NCBI GenBank assembly: GCA_002307135.1
Contig: DBTQ01000001.1
Coordinates: 40,769 to 104,768, forward strand
DNA length: 64,000 nucleotides
Direction: 5' to 3'
Source of the DNA: Bacteroidetes bacterium UBA1312
Lineage (GTDB): Bacteria; Bacteroidota; Bacteroidia; Chitinophagales; Chitinophagaceae
Below, one piece after another: positions 1 through 8,960 of the stretch. The position numbers and the translations under genes were made by a program. Position 1 is the stretch's first letter, and every line of letters starts with the position of its first letter. The notes under the pieces are model-generated. The model did not search any database and was not told where the DNA came from. It worked only from the letters and a program-made list of their open reading frames with translations.

Positions 1-43
1 TATTTTTAATTGTTACAATATTCATTTCATACATAAATTTTAT

Positions 44-51
44 TATGTTTG
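44..51 (+). promoter_or_regulatory. Candidate Bacteroidota sigma-A -7 box (TATGTTTG) upstream of the fucosyltransferase gene
   Basis: Matches the TAnnTTTG consensus ~58 nt upstream of the TTG start at 109. No well-spaced -33 TTG, and the region is AT-rich, so specificity is low. Confidence 0.2.
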
Positions 52-108
52 AAAGGCCTATTATGAACTTAAGAGATAAAAGAATTAATTTTAAAAAACC
101 TGTCGAAA

Positions 109-951
109 TTGTTAAATAAACAGATTCATTTTAATACGCACATGGGACGTATGGGTAACCAGATGTTCCAATATGCTTGTGCAAAAAATCTTGAAATAAA
201 ACATGGATATGTATGTTCAATGGATGATCTGTCTAAGCTTGAATACTTTGAGCTGGCTCCAGGTGAACATTGGAAAAATAAATTGAAAAGTAAATATTTT
301 TTTCATGTTGCTAAAAGATTGAAAGGAATGGATGTGCATAATCTTCAGTTTGAAGATATGCTGCATGATTATGCCGGATGGCTAACTCAAATCAAAAAAC
401 CGGCTATGGTTTGGGCATTTTTTCAAAGTGAGCGATATTTTAAGGATAGTGCAGCAGTAATACGGCACTATTTCAACATAAAAAAGCAATACCAAGTATC
501 ATTCAATTCATTTCTGCAAGGGAATAAATTGGAAAAAGGCAAATACAATGCAATACATTTGCGCAGAACAGATTACAAAGGTTTTTTAGTAAAAGGACTT
601 GAGGGAGATGACTTTACTTTACCCGCTAGCTATTATGAAAAAGCGATGAAACTTGTCGATATTACATTACCATTAGTTATTGTTAGCGATGATCCGGAAT
701 ATTGTTTGAGTCAATATGGCAATTTGAAAAATGTTATTATTTCCAAAGAGGATGCAATTACGGATTTCCAAATTTTAAGTAATGCCAAAGAGTTAGTAAT
801 TAGTAACAGTACATTTGCGTGGTGGGCCGCTTGGTTGAATCCATTTGCTACAAAGATTCTTTGCCCTGAATATTTTTTGGGTTTTAAAGAAAATAAACAA
901 GTGCCTATTAATATCTATCCTGAAAAATGGCTAGCAATAAATGTTTATTAA
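109..951 (+). CDS. Glycosyltransferase family 11 alpha-1,2-fucosyltransferase
   Basis: The N-terminal GRMGNQMFQYA motif is the GT11 signature (compare GGLGNQMFQYA in FutC/WbsJ/WcfB). HLRRTDY matches the HVRRGDY motif. The ORF is 280 aa, the usual GT11 size. It starts with TTG at 109, and an in-frame ATG at 142 would leave only 4 residues before the motif. Confidence 0.8.
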   Translation: MLNKQIHFNTHMGRMGNQMFQYACAKNLEIKHGYVCSMDDLSKLEYFELAPGEHWKNKLKSKYFFHVAKRLKGMDVHNLQFEDMLHDYAGWLTQIKKPAMVWAFFQSERYFKDSAAVIRHYFNIKKQYQVSFNSFLQGNKLEKGKYNAIHLRRTDYKGFLVKGLEGDDFTLPASYYEKAMKLVDITLPLVIVSDDPEYCLSQYGNLKNVIISKEDAITDFQILSNAKELVISNSTFAWWAAWLNPFATKILCPEYFLGFKENKQVPINIYPEKWLAINVY

Positions 952-960
952 AAAAAATAG

Positions 961-2088
961 ATGAAAAGAATCTTTGGTTTGGACTTAATGCGTGCTTTCG
1001 CCATCGTTTGGGTTCTCTATGTTCATTGCGCATATATTGTCTATCCATTTTTCCCGAAAAATATGGAAGTAGTATATAATTATCTCAATTGGATGGGAGG
1101 CTATTACAGTGTCGATTTGTTTTTTGTATTGAGTGGTTTTCTTATTGGCTCATTATTTGTAGAGGAATTTATTGTGGATGCTATTCGTAATGTTTCAAAA
1201 CAGATAAATTATTTTTGGATTAAAAGATGGTTCAGAACCTTACCCAATTACTATCTCTTTATTATTCTTAACGTTGTTGTATATTATTTTATTTCCAATA
1301 AGAATTATCTTTATTTGGTGCCTAAATATGCTTTCTTTCTCCAAAAGTTGAAGCCAACAGATGAGTTGGTCATGTTTGGTGTTTCATGGAGTCTCGCAAT
1401 AGAAGAGTGGTTTTATCTTTTTTTACCAGGAATATTTTTATTGCTTTATAAAATTACAACAAATAAGAAACTGTCTTTTGGTGTTCCATTGGCGCTTATG
1501 TTCATTGTGCCATTAGTTATGAAGGTTTGTTATATTACTACACATGCGCGTTACGGTATGCATGATGAATTCTTTAAGTTTACCACGTTTGCTCGATTGG
1601 ATCCAATAGGATACGGGGTATTGTTTGCATACGTATGGCACACTGATTTGCGTTCTTATTTGTTGAAGAATAAAAATAAGCTCGCCTTGACTGGGTTAAT
1701 TGTGTTTTTTATTGCAATAGTTTACTCATTTTTATTTTTAGCAAAACCAGTTCAGAACTCCATTGCATATTCTTTTATAAGCTCTATATCAAGCATTGCA
1801 CTATTTTTACAAATTCCATATCTCATTGAATTTAAGCCATTTAAGAATAAAATAGTTTGTAGGGTTATCGAAACATTGAGTAAAATTTCATATTCAATGT
1901 ACCTCTGTCATATACTCGTTTTGGAATTGGTAGAATATTTTTCGAAGGGTATGGTGCTTTTTGATTCGAATATCGGAAGATTAATAAAGATTTTATTAAT
2001 TTACACTATTTCAATTTTATTTTCGCTGCTTCTTTATAAAAAGTTTGAGAAACCCTTTTTGAATTTAAGACGTAAATTTGCTGTTTAA
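961..2088 (+). CDS. Acyltransferase family 3 (membrane-bound O-acyltransferase, OafA/WecH-like)
   Basis: The N-terminus LDLMRAFAIVWVLYVHC is typical of the acyltransferase_3 family. The protein is polytopic and hydrophobic, about 375 aa, and sits in a glycan locus. Confidence 0.8.
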   Translation: MKRIFGLDLMRAFAIVWVLYVHCAYIVYPFFPKNMEVVYNYLNWMGGYYSVDLFFVLSGFLIGSLFVEEFIVDAIRNVSKQINYFWIKRWFRTLPNYYLFIILNVVVYYFISNKNYLYLVPKYAFFLQKLKPTDELVMFGVSWSLAIEEWFYLFLPGIFLLLYKITTNKKLSFGVPLALMFIVPLVMKVCYITTHARYGMHDEFFKFTTFARLDPIGYGVLFAYVWHTDLRSYLLKNKNKLALTGLIVFFIAIVYSFLFLAKPVQNSIAYSFISSISSIALFLQIPYLIEFKPFKNKIVCRVIETLSKISYSMYLCHILVLELVEYFSKGMVLFDSNIGRLIKILLIYTISILFSLLLYKKFEKPFLNLRRKFAV

Positions 2089-2095
2089 TCGTAAG

Positions 2096-3103
2096 ATGGA
2101 TCATTTAAAAACAGTTCTTGTTACTCAAAGTTTTGGAAGAGAAAATGAATATAGAAGAGTCTTATTTACCATATTAAGCTACGTTTCATTTACAAGTACT
2201 GATTGCAAGATTGTACTATTTACTGATAATCCAGATTGGTTTTCAAAACCATTATTAGGATTATCAGTGGATTATGTTGCACTGACACCAGAAAAGGTCA
2301 AACAAATGCGAGGTGAAATTGATTTTTTACATCGTATGAAAATAGCCTTGATTGAGGAATCTTTTCAAAAATATCCGGATTGTAAAATATTATATGCTGA
2401 TTCGGATACGTTTTTTACAAAAAATCCGGAATCATTAATTGCTATACTATCCCCTAGCAGGTGCTGTATGCACCTTTATGAATATCAGTTTGATGAAATA
2501 AAAGATGCCAAGCTTCCAGCAGGTCAGAGTTTTAGGGATTTTTACCGGTTAATTAATAATTCTTCTTTTAAGCTCGCTAACAATCAACCTATTAACGTCA
2601 GTCCGACTATGGTTTCGTGGAATGCTGGTGTGATGTTTTTTCATCCTGAGCATAAGAAATTTATACCGGATGTATATGCGTTAACAGATCAATTTTATCC
2701 TGAAAGTAAAAACCATGCGAGTGAGCAGTATGCATTTTCTATAATTTTACAAACGAATATTGAGATAGTTGCATGTGAGTCTGTAAATTATCATTATTGG
2801 TATCGAATAAAAAAGCAAATAGCTGATCAGTTTTTTCTGTCCAATATGACAGATGACTTTTTTGATTTACCATTATCATTAAAGTTAAGTCGTGTACAGG
2901 ACTGGGTTATTAAATTGCCGGTTATATTTGATACGCATGAATGGACTATCCGTGATAAAGCAATTCAGGCTTTTAATACGAATGATTTTTTACAGGGTTA
3001 TAAATGGGGAATACAAGCAATAGTTCAAAAGCCCTTTGGAAGTAAATCTTTTTTAAAAGATGTATTGTATCATTTAAAACGCCAAATAAAAGGACGTGAA
3101 TAA
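2096..3103 (+). CDS. Hypothetical nucleotide-sugar transferase-like protein (DxD-containing, GT-A/GT8-like?)
   Basis: The ORF overlaps the upstream acyltransferase (TTG at 2078, first ATG at 2096). It contains ILYADSDTFF (a DxD-type motif) and WNAGVMFF, which resembles the GT8 NSGV(M/L) motif. I do not recognise a family. Confidence 0.45.
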   Translation: MDHLKTVLVTQSFGRENEYRRVLFTILSYVSFTSTDCKIVLFTDNPDWFSKPLLGLSVDYVALTPEKVKQMRGEIDFLHRMKIALIEESFQKYPDCKILYADSDTFFTKNPESLIAILSPSRCCMHLYEYQFDEIKDAKLPAGQSFRDFYRLINNSSFKLANNQPINVSPTMVSWNAGVMFFHPEHKKFIPDVYALTDQFYPESKNHASEQYAFSIILQTNIEIVACESVNYHYWYRIKKQIADQFFLSNMTDDFFDLPLSLKLSRVQDWVIKLPVIFDTHEWTIRDKAIQAFNTNDFLQGYKWGIQAIVQKPFGSKSFLKDVLYHLKRQIKGRE

Positions 3104-3980
3104 TAAGGTGAAGATAAAAGTTGGGATGTGCGTAGCGTACGATTGGTATTTATTGGAACATTCTATTCCGCTTATTTATGACCATGCAGATATAATTTGT
3201 TTGAGTTTGGATAAGGATCGTATAAGTTGGACAGGTAATCCATTTTCATGGAATGAAGCAGGGTTTGTCAATTTGATTAAAATACTAGATCCACTTGGTA
3301 AGATAGATCTTTATCAAGATGATTTTCATATCAAAGATCTTACCCCCATGGAAAATGAAGTAAGACAGCGGAAATTGATTGCAGAAAGAATGGGTAGTGG
3401 CGGATGGCATATCCAACTTGATACAGACGAATATTTTATTAATTTCGGAGAGTTTGTCCGCTTTTTACAAAATTTAAAACCTCAACGTCAACTAAATGTT
3501 GTATGTCCTTGGGTGACACTGTATAAGCAAGATGAAAATGGTTTTTATTATGTAAAACCATCAAATATTGAGAATACAGAATTTATACAAATAGCAACAA
3601 TGTGGCCTCATTATGAATATGGTCGTCGTAATGGTTATTTCAATATTTATACTGATTTTGTAATCTTGCATCAAAGTTGGGCAAGATCGGAAAGTGAAAT
3701 CTGGGAGAAACTAAATAATTGGGGGCATAAAAACGATTTTGACCTCAATAAATATTTTAATCAATGGAGCCAATTAAATTTAGGAAACTATACTTTATAT
3801 CGTGATTTTCATCATTTGCAACCTGCATTGTGGCCTGCTTTAGGTTTTATCGAAGCTAACACAATTATGAATTTGATTCAAGAGAGTAAAAAGGTGCAAT
3901 TACTTAAGTTGTCGCCAATAAAACTAAGACTGAAAAATTCGATTTGGTTGTCCCGTTTACGTTCTATCCTAAAAAAGTAA
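3096..3980 (+). CDS. Hypothetical protein, putative glycosyltransferase (DxD-like HIQLDTDEYF)
   Basis: GTG start at 3096 overlaps the stop of the upstream ORF by 8 nt, suggesting translational coupling (alternative ATG at 3126). A D-x-D-like acidic motif is present. There is no signal peptide, and it lies inside the glycan locus. Confidence 0.4.
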   Translation: MNNKVKIKVGMCVAYDWYLLEHSIPLIYDHADIICLSLDKDRISWTGNPFSWNEAGFVNLIKILDPLGKIDLYQDDFHIKDLTPMENEVRQRKLIAERMGSGGWHIQLDTDEYFINFGEFVRFLQNLKPQRQLNVVCPWVTLYKQDENGFYYVKPSNIENTEFIQIATMWPHYEYGRRNGYFNIYTDFVILHQSWARSESEIWEKLNNWGHKNDFDLNKYFNQWSQLNLGNYTLYRDFHHLQPALWPALGFIEANTIMNLIQESKKVQLLKLSPIKLRLKNSIWLSRLRSILKK

Positions 3981-3990
3981 TTAAAATTTT

Positions 3991-4911
3991 ATGCGTACAT
4001 CAATAATTATTCCAACTTATAATGGAGCTCACAAAATTTTAAACTTATTGTCAGGGTTAGAGCAACAATCTACAATGCCTGATGAAGTAATTGTTGTGGT
4101 TGATGGATCAACTGACGGTACTGCCGATTTATTAAGGAAGACCAACTTTAAATTCCATAATTTCAATTTAATTGAACAAGGAAATGGAGGCCGTGCAAAA
4201 GTTAGAAATAGGGGAGCTGAAGTAGCTAAAGGAGATTTATTTATATTTATTGACGATGATATGCAGGTACCTTCAGATTGGCTTGCGCAACATATAATTC
4301 ATCATGAACTAAATAAAGGAAGTATTGCTACAGGAAGACTTAAGGATCCGTATGAAAAGGATGGGGACGATTTTCAGAAATTCAAATCTTGGCTTAATAA
4401 TAAATGGAATGAAAATTTACCACAAGAGGATAATCAAACTGCAATATTGTTAGATTATCCTTATATAACCGCAAATAATTTTTCCATACCCAAAGCAATT
4501 TTTGAAGAACTCAAGGGTTTTGACGGTCGTCTTACAGATGCTGAAGATTATGATATGGCTAAAAGGGCAATGCTCCTTAATATTCCATTATATATTAATC
4601 ATCAAGCAATTGCATGGCATTATGACCATGTTAACTGCTTAAAATATGTGCAGAGACAACGCCAGTATACCATCGCACAAAATAAACTTGAGCAATTAAA
4701 ACCAGAGCTCTATAATAATGATCATCAATATAAAATCACAAGACCAACTGGAATTAAAGGCTATATTTTCAACATATTAAGTACAAAATGGTGGGTGTCA
4801 AGTGTTGATAAAGGTACTTGGAAATGGTTGCCCGAAGCGCTCCGTTATAAGCTTTATGATATGATTATTACAGCAAACGGGAGCTTTTTCCCAGAAAAAG
4901 CGATTTTGTAA
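3991..4911 (+). CDS. Glycosyltransferase family 2
   Basis: Starts IIIPTYNGAHKI, followed by VIVVVDGSTDGT and a DDD motif (FIFIDDDMQ), the classic GT2 N-terminal architecture. Confidence 0.8.
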   Translation: MRTSIIIPTYNGAHKILNLLSGLEQQSTMPDEVIVVVDGSTDGTADLLRKTNFKFHNFNLIEQGNGGRAKVRNRGAEVAKGDLFIFIDDDMQVPSDWLAQHIIHHELNKGSIATGRLKDPYEKDGDDFQKFKSWLNNKWNENLPQEDNQTAILLDYPYITANNFSIPKAIFEELKGFDGRLTDAEDYDMAKRAMLLNIPLYINHQAIAWHYDHVNCLKYVQRQRQYTIAQNKLEQLKPELYNNDHQYKITRPTGIKGYIFNILSTKWWVSSVDKGTWKWLPEALRYKLYDMIITANGSFFPEKAIL

Positions 4912-4929
4912 TCAGTTTATAATATTAAT

Positions 4930-5556
4930 TTAGTTTCTGTTAGTAGTTACTTGCAGCAAAAATTGAGGATAGCGCATTTCTGCTAAATATCCAAAAGATA
5001 ATAGGGATATCAAATCCATCTTTTTGGAACGGGTAGGGTCAAGCCCTTTTATAATTTGCACTGAATATCCCGCCTCTTCAAACATACGAATCATACTCTT
5101 TTTTGTAAAAAAACGCATGTGTGTTCGATCCATTATTCCAGCATCTACATATTCAAAATCTCTTTTTATAAGAATGTTCAGAAATTCTTGATAATGAAGT
5201 ATATTAGGGATAGATGCAATGATCATTCCATTTTTATTCAAAAGTCGATGACAAAGTTTTAATGCGTTATATGGGTCAGGCATGTGTTCCAGAACATCAT
5301 TAAAGCAAATCAAATCAAATGTTCTATCAATATTAAGAATTGCATCCTCAAAAAAGCCGGTAAAAACTTTGTCTAATAAGGTTTCTGCTTTTACAGCGGC
5401 AGCAGCTACTGGCTCTATACCCCAAACTTCACAATTGCATTTTTCTTTAACTGATTGCCCAAATAAACCCTCACTGCACCCTACATCTAATACAGATTGA
5501 ACTGCTGTAGGTACAATTGATACAATTTCTGGGCGTGACATGCTATAATAGGCCAT
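4930..5556 (-). CDS. Class I SAM-dependent methyltransferase
   Basis: VLDVGCSEGLFG is a motif I glycine-rich loop, and ICFNDVLEHMPDP is motif II/III of Methyltransf_11/12-type enzymes. 208 aa. Confidence 0.8.
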   Translation of the reverse strand: MAYYSMSRPEIVSIVPTAVQSVLDVGCSEGLFGQSVKEKCNCEVWGIEPVAAAAVKAETLLDKVFTGFFEDAILNIDRTFDLICFNDVLEHMPDPYNALKLCHRLLNKNGMIIASIPNILHYQEFLNILIKRDFEYVDAGIMDRTHMRFFTKKSMIRMFEEAGYSVQIIKGLDPTRSKKMDLISLLSFGYLAEMRYPQFLLQVTTNRN

Positions 5557-5665
5557 ACGTATGATTTGTGCGAAAGTAAATTATTTTTTCAATTATTACT
5601 GCATGTAAAATAATAGCGCAAATTAAGTATTAGTATGTAAGCTTGTATATTTTGTAATCGTTGAA

Positions 5666-6649
5666 TTACTCAGCTTTTCCAAAAAAAATATTTTTTGCCC
5701 CCTTATAGATAATTGGATTTGTACGACTGTTATATTTCGATGAATACTTAGGTATATTGAATAACCAATAAGGAAGTGCTTTATTCCATGCATGGAGTAA
5801 TTTGCGTACTTCTATTTTGGATTTTTGAGATACAAAAAGGTATGATAATAAATAGTATAAGTAATTTAAAAGAGTAAATAAGATAAATGCGGTATACTTA
5901 GTATAACCTTCTTTATACCAGTACAATCCGAGGCTAATCTGAGCTTGAATAAACATAATTTCTGGAGGTGCACTTTGCCCTCCTAAGTGTATGATTGTAG
6001 CTTGAGGATAATAAACTATATCAAATTTTTTCGCAATTCTATTCCTGCACCATTCAGTTTCTTCGCAATAAAGGAAAAAATCGGGGTCAAATCCCAGTGT
6101 CGTTTCATAGACATTCTTTTTTAAAAGCATAAATGCACCTGATATATCGCCAACCACGCACATTGTATTTCTTTCGGAAAATGAACTTTTGATATTGAAT
6201 AATTTATACAATATTGGGTTGTTAGATATGCAGTAGGATAAGAAATTATGTTTAATAAATGGATAAAATGAAGGTTGGTAAGAGCCGTCGGCATTAAGTA
6301 ACTTACATCCAAGTATTCCAATATTATCTTTCGATTCTTTTAATATATTGACACAAGCGGTTATACTATCGTCAGTTATTAGTGTGTCTGAATTGAGGAG
6401 TAATAAAAAATCACCTTTAGCATTTTTCATGCCTAAATTATTGGCTCTCCCAAAACCAATATTCTCATCGGAACGCAAATATATTATTTTAGGATACTGT
6501 TGGAGAAAAAGAGGTTTATAATCAGTTTTAGGGAAATTATCTACGATAATAATTTCAAAATCAATGCTTGTAAAGGCATAGATTGATTTGAGGCAATCTA
6601 ATGTTATTTGAGGCGTATTGAAATTTATTACGATGATGGATAAGGTCAT
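5666..6649 (-). CDS. Glycosyltransferase family 2
   Basis: LSIIVINFNTPQITLDCLKSI plus a DNFPKTD region and LLLNSDT (DxD) match GT2 group 2 family features. Confidence 0.8.
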   Translation of the reverse strand: MTLSIIVINFNTPQITLDCLKSIYAFTSIDFEIIIVDNFPKTDYKPLFLQQYPKIIYLRSDENIGFGRANNLGMKNAKGDFLLLLNSDTLITDDSITACVNILKESKDNIGILGCKLLNADGSYQPSFYPFIKHNFLSYCISNNPILYKLFNIKSSFSERNTMCVVGDISGAFMLLKKNVYETTLGFDPDFFLYCEETEWCRNRIAKKFDIVYYPQATIIHLGGQSAPPEIMFIQAQISLGLYWYKEGYTKYTAFILFTLLNYLYYLLSYLFVSQKSKIEVRKLLHAWNKALPYWLFNIPKYSSKYNSRTNPIIYKGAKNIFFGKAE

Positions 6650-6705
6650 TTGGATTTATGCTTTGCTAATTATTTTTGTTCCTGAAAATCTACCACAAAT
6701 ATATG

Positions 6706-6713
6706 TAGGTTTG
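6706..6713 (+). promoter_or_regulatory. Candidate -7 box (TAGGTTTG) in the divergent promoter region between the minus-strand GT2 and the plus-strand GT4 operon
   Basis: Matches TAnnTTTG 74 nt upstream of the ATG at 6787. A second match, TATTTTTG, lies at 6671-6678. The divergent intergenic region is AT-rich. Confidence 0.25.
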
Positions 6714-6786
6714 GTTATTAAGCTTTTAAAATCTACTTTTGCTTGAAGCTAACAATACCTTCTTTGGTGTTGAAGAATCGAATGAT

Positions 6787-7920
6787 ATGCTCAAAACTAA
6801 AGTCACTTACATAATCTCTGATATTGATAAGGCTTTGGCTTTTGAATGGATTGCAGATCATTTAAATAAGGAAAAGTTTGACTTGAATTTTATATTGTTG
6901 AATAACGGGAATTCAAAGTTGGAAGACTTTTTGAATGAGCATAAAATTTCTGTAGAAAGAATTAATATTCATTCAAAAAAAGATTGGCCGAGCGTTTGGT
7001 TGCGATTGTTCTTTTATTTTAAACGACAGAAACCGGATATTATTCATTGCCACTTGTTCACCGCAAATATCCTGGGATTATCCGCCGCTAAAATGGCTCG
7101 TGTCAAACATAGAATATACACTCGGCATCATTCAGATTATCACTTTCGTTATTTTTCCAAAGGAGTCAAATGGGATAAACTCTGCAACTATCTCGCTACT
7201 GCTATTATTGCACCTTCAGGAGCAGTAAAAAAGGTACTCACAGAAATGGAGTCAGTTCCGGAAGCAAAAATACAATTGATACATCATGGCTTTGATTTGG
7301 CATATTTTAGTAATGTTTCAGATGGCCTTCATCAAAAATTAAGAGACCAATATAATCTTAGTAATAAATCGCCGGTTATAGGTGTAATATCGCGTTTTAC
7401 AGAATTAAAAGGTATTCAATATATAATTCCTGCATTTCAAAAATTATTAATTGGATATCCAAATGCTTTGCTTTTGTTGTTTAATGCAAGAGGTGATTAT
7501 GAAAAACAGATCAATAGTTTACTGGAGACTTTGCCAAAGGGATCATTTTATAGTGTTCCATTTGAACAAGAGTTAGCTGCAATTTATTCATTGTTCGATA
7601 TATTTGTTCAGGTATCTGTAGATACAAATATTGAGGCTTTTGGGCAAACTTATGTGGAAGCATTAGCTGCAGGTGTACCCTCTATTTTTACACTTGCAGG
7701 TATTGCGCCTGATTTTATTATTAATGGCGAAAATGCAGTTGTGGTGCCATTTAAAGATGCACATGCAATTTATAATGGTATGATTCATATCCTTCAAGAC
7801 AGAACCTTTTCAGATCAGATGATACAGAAAGGTAAGAAGGATGTATATGCCCAATTTGCGATTAGTAAAATGATATCGGCACTTGAAAATTTATATATGA
7901 AAATATATGTAGTAAAATGA
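6787..7920 (+). CDS. Glycosyltransferase family 4 (GT-B, GT1 superfamily)
   Basis: The C-terminal region carries the E-x7-E-like motif (FGQTYVEALAAGVPSIF) typical of retaining GT4 enzymes. The ORF is open from 6739, but the first ATG (MLKTKV...) is at 6787. Confidence 0.8.
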   Translation: MLKTKVTYIISDIDKALAFEWIADHLNKEKFDLNFILLNNGNSKLEDFLNEHKISVERINIHSKKDWPSVWLRLFFYFKRQKPDIIHCHLFTANILGLSAAKMARVKHRIYTRHHSDYHFRYFSKGVKWDKLCNYLATAIIAPSGAVKKVLTEMESVPEAKIQLIHHGFDLAYFSNVSDGLHQKLRDQYNLSNKSPVIGVISRFTELKGIQYIIPAFQKLLIGYPNALLLLFNARGDYEKQINSLLETLPKGSFYSVPFEQELAAIYSLFDIFVQVSVDTNIEAFGQTYVEALAAGVPSIFTLAGIAPDFIINGENAVVVPFKDAHAIYNGMIHILQDRTFSDQMIQKGKKDVYAQFAISKMISALENLYMKIYVVK

Positions 7921-8026
7921 AACTAGTAGAAGACAAATTTTTTTTCCTGCATTAACCGGAGTTAGATCGATTGCTGCGATAATGGTGTGTGTTTTTCATT
8001 TCAATCCATTTACAAAGGTTTATTAA
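7917..8026 (+). pseudogene. Remnant of an acyltransferase-3 family gene: N-terminal fragment that is frame-disrupted and truncated
   Basis: ATG AAA CTA GTA GAA GAC AAA at 7917 runs into a poly-T tract. After a 1-nt frame change the sequence reads FFPALTGVRSIAAIMVCVFHFNPFTKVY-stop. That is the conserved acyltransferase_3 N-terminus (F-P-x-L-x-G-[LV]-R-x-[IL]-A-A-x-x-V) and it ends after ~36 codons at a TAA at 8024-8026. Confidence 0.35.
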
Positions 8027-8165
8027 TGTAAATAATTGATTATGATTTTTTGATAAATTATTTACTCATTATCTCTTATAATTGCAATTATTTGTACATC
8101 TTTACCTCCAGATTTTCTTTTACAATTTACTTTACTTCTAAAGAAGTAATTACAATTAAATAATT

Positions 8166-8951
8166 ATGGACTTAGTCGAAAAAAATAAAAACCAAATTAC
8201 GAACCAACGACATCCATGGGAAGAGGTACGATTTGAATTTTTCTTAAAGAAAATCCGGAAGTATGTAGATTTGAAAACGGAGAATTATATACTTGATGTG
8301 GGTTGTGGGGATGCCTATTTTATTGCCAAGTTGAATGAAATATATCCAAATTTGATATGCATTGGAGTTGATATAAATTTTTCGGAGCACGATATCCAAA
8401 AACTAAAGCAAATTCATAGTAAATCAAAATTTGAATTGTTTAATTCTATTAAAAAAGCGAGGGAACACGTTCCACGAATAGATTTGATTTTATTGATGGA
8501 TGTTATAGAACATATAGAAAATGATGTCGATTTTTTATTATACGATATAGCTCCAATTGTAGAAAAAAATAATGCCATTGTTTTTATTACAGTACCAGCG
8601 TACCAAAAGTTATTTACAAAGCACGATGTGTTTTTAGGTCATTATAGAAGGTATAATAATGCTCTATTACTGAGCGCCATACAAAAGGGAAATTTGGCAA
8701 AAATAGAGGTGGGGTATTTCTTTTCATCATTGATTGGGTTGCGGATTTTGGAAAAAGTAGTAGATAAAATTAATCCTAGTCGAAATATCGATGGTTTAGC
8801 AAACTGGAATGCAGGTACATTCACCAGCAAACTGGTGTATAATATGCTCTTATTTGATAATAAACTCAGCCTCTTTTTTGAAAGGATGAAAATAAAATTA
8901 CCGGGTCTTTCTAATTATATTATTTGTAAAAAAATAACCATTAACGAATAA
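8166..8951 (+). CDS. Class I SAM-dependent methyltransferase
   Basis: ILDVGCGDAYF (motif I) and ILLMDVIEHIEND (motif II/post-II) are present. 261 aa. Confidence 0.75.
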   Translation: MDLVEKNKNQITNQRHPWEEVRFEFFLKKIRKYVDLKTENYILDVGCGDAYFIAKLNEIYPNLICIGVDINFSEHDIQKLKQIHSKSKFELFNSIKKAREHVPRIDLILLMDVIEHIENDVDFLLYDIAPIVEKNNAIVFITVPAYQKLFTKHDVFLGHYRRYNNALLLSAIQKGNLAKIEVGYFFSSLIGLRILEKVVDKINPSRNIDGLANWNAGTFTSKLVYNMLLFDNKLSLFFERMKIKLPGLSNYIICKKITINE

Positions 8952-8960
8952 AATTTTTAC

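Noticed and set aside
6121-6321. 66-aa minus-strand ORF nested in-frame-shifted within the GT2 at 5666..6649, and the 72-aa plus-strand ORF 5282..5500 inside the methyltransferase
   Set aside because: They are nested in or antisense to longer ORFs that have clear family motifs, and show no independent signals.
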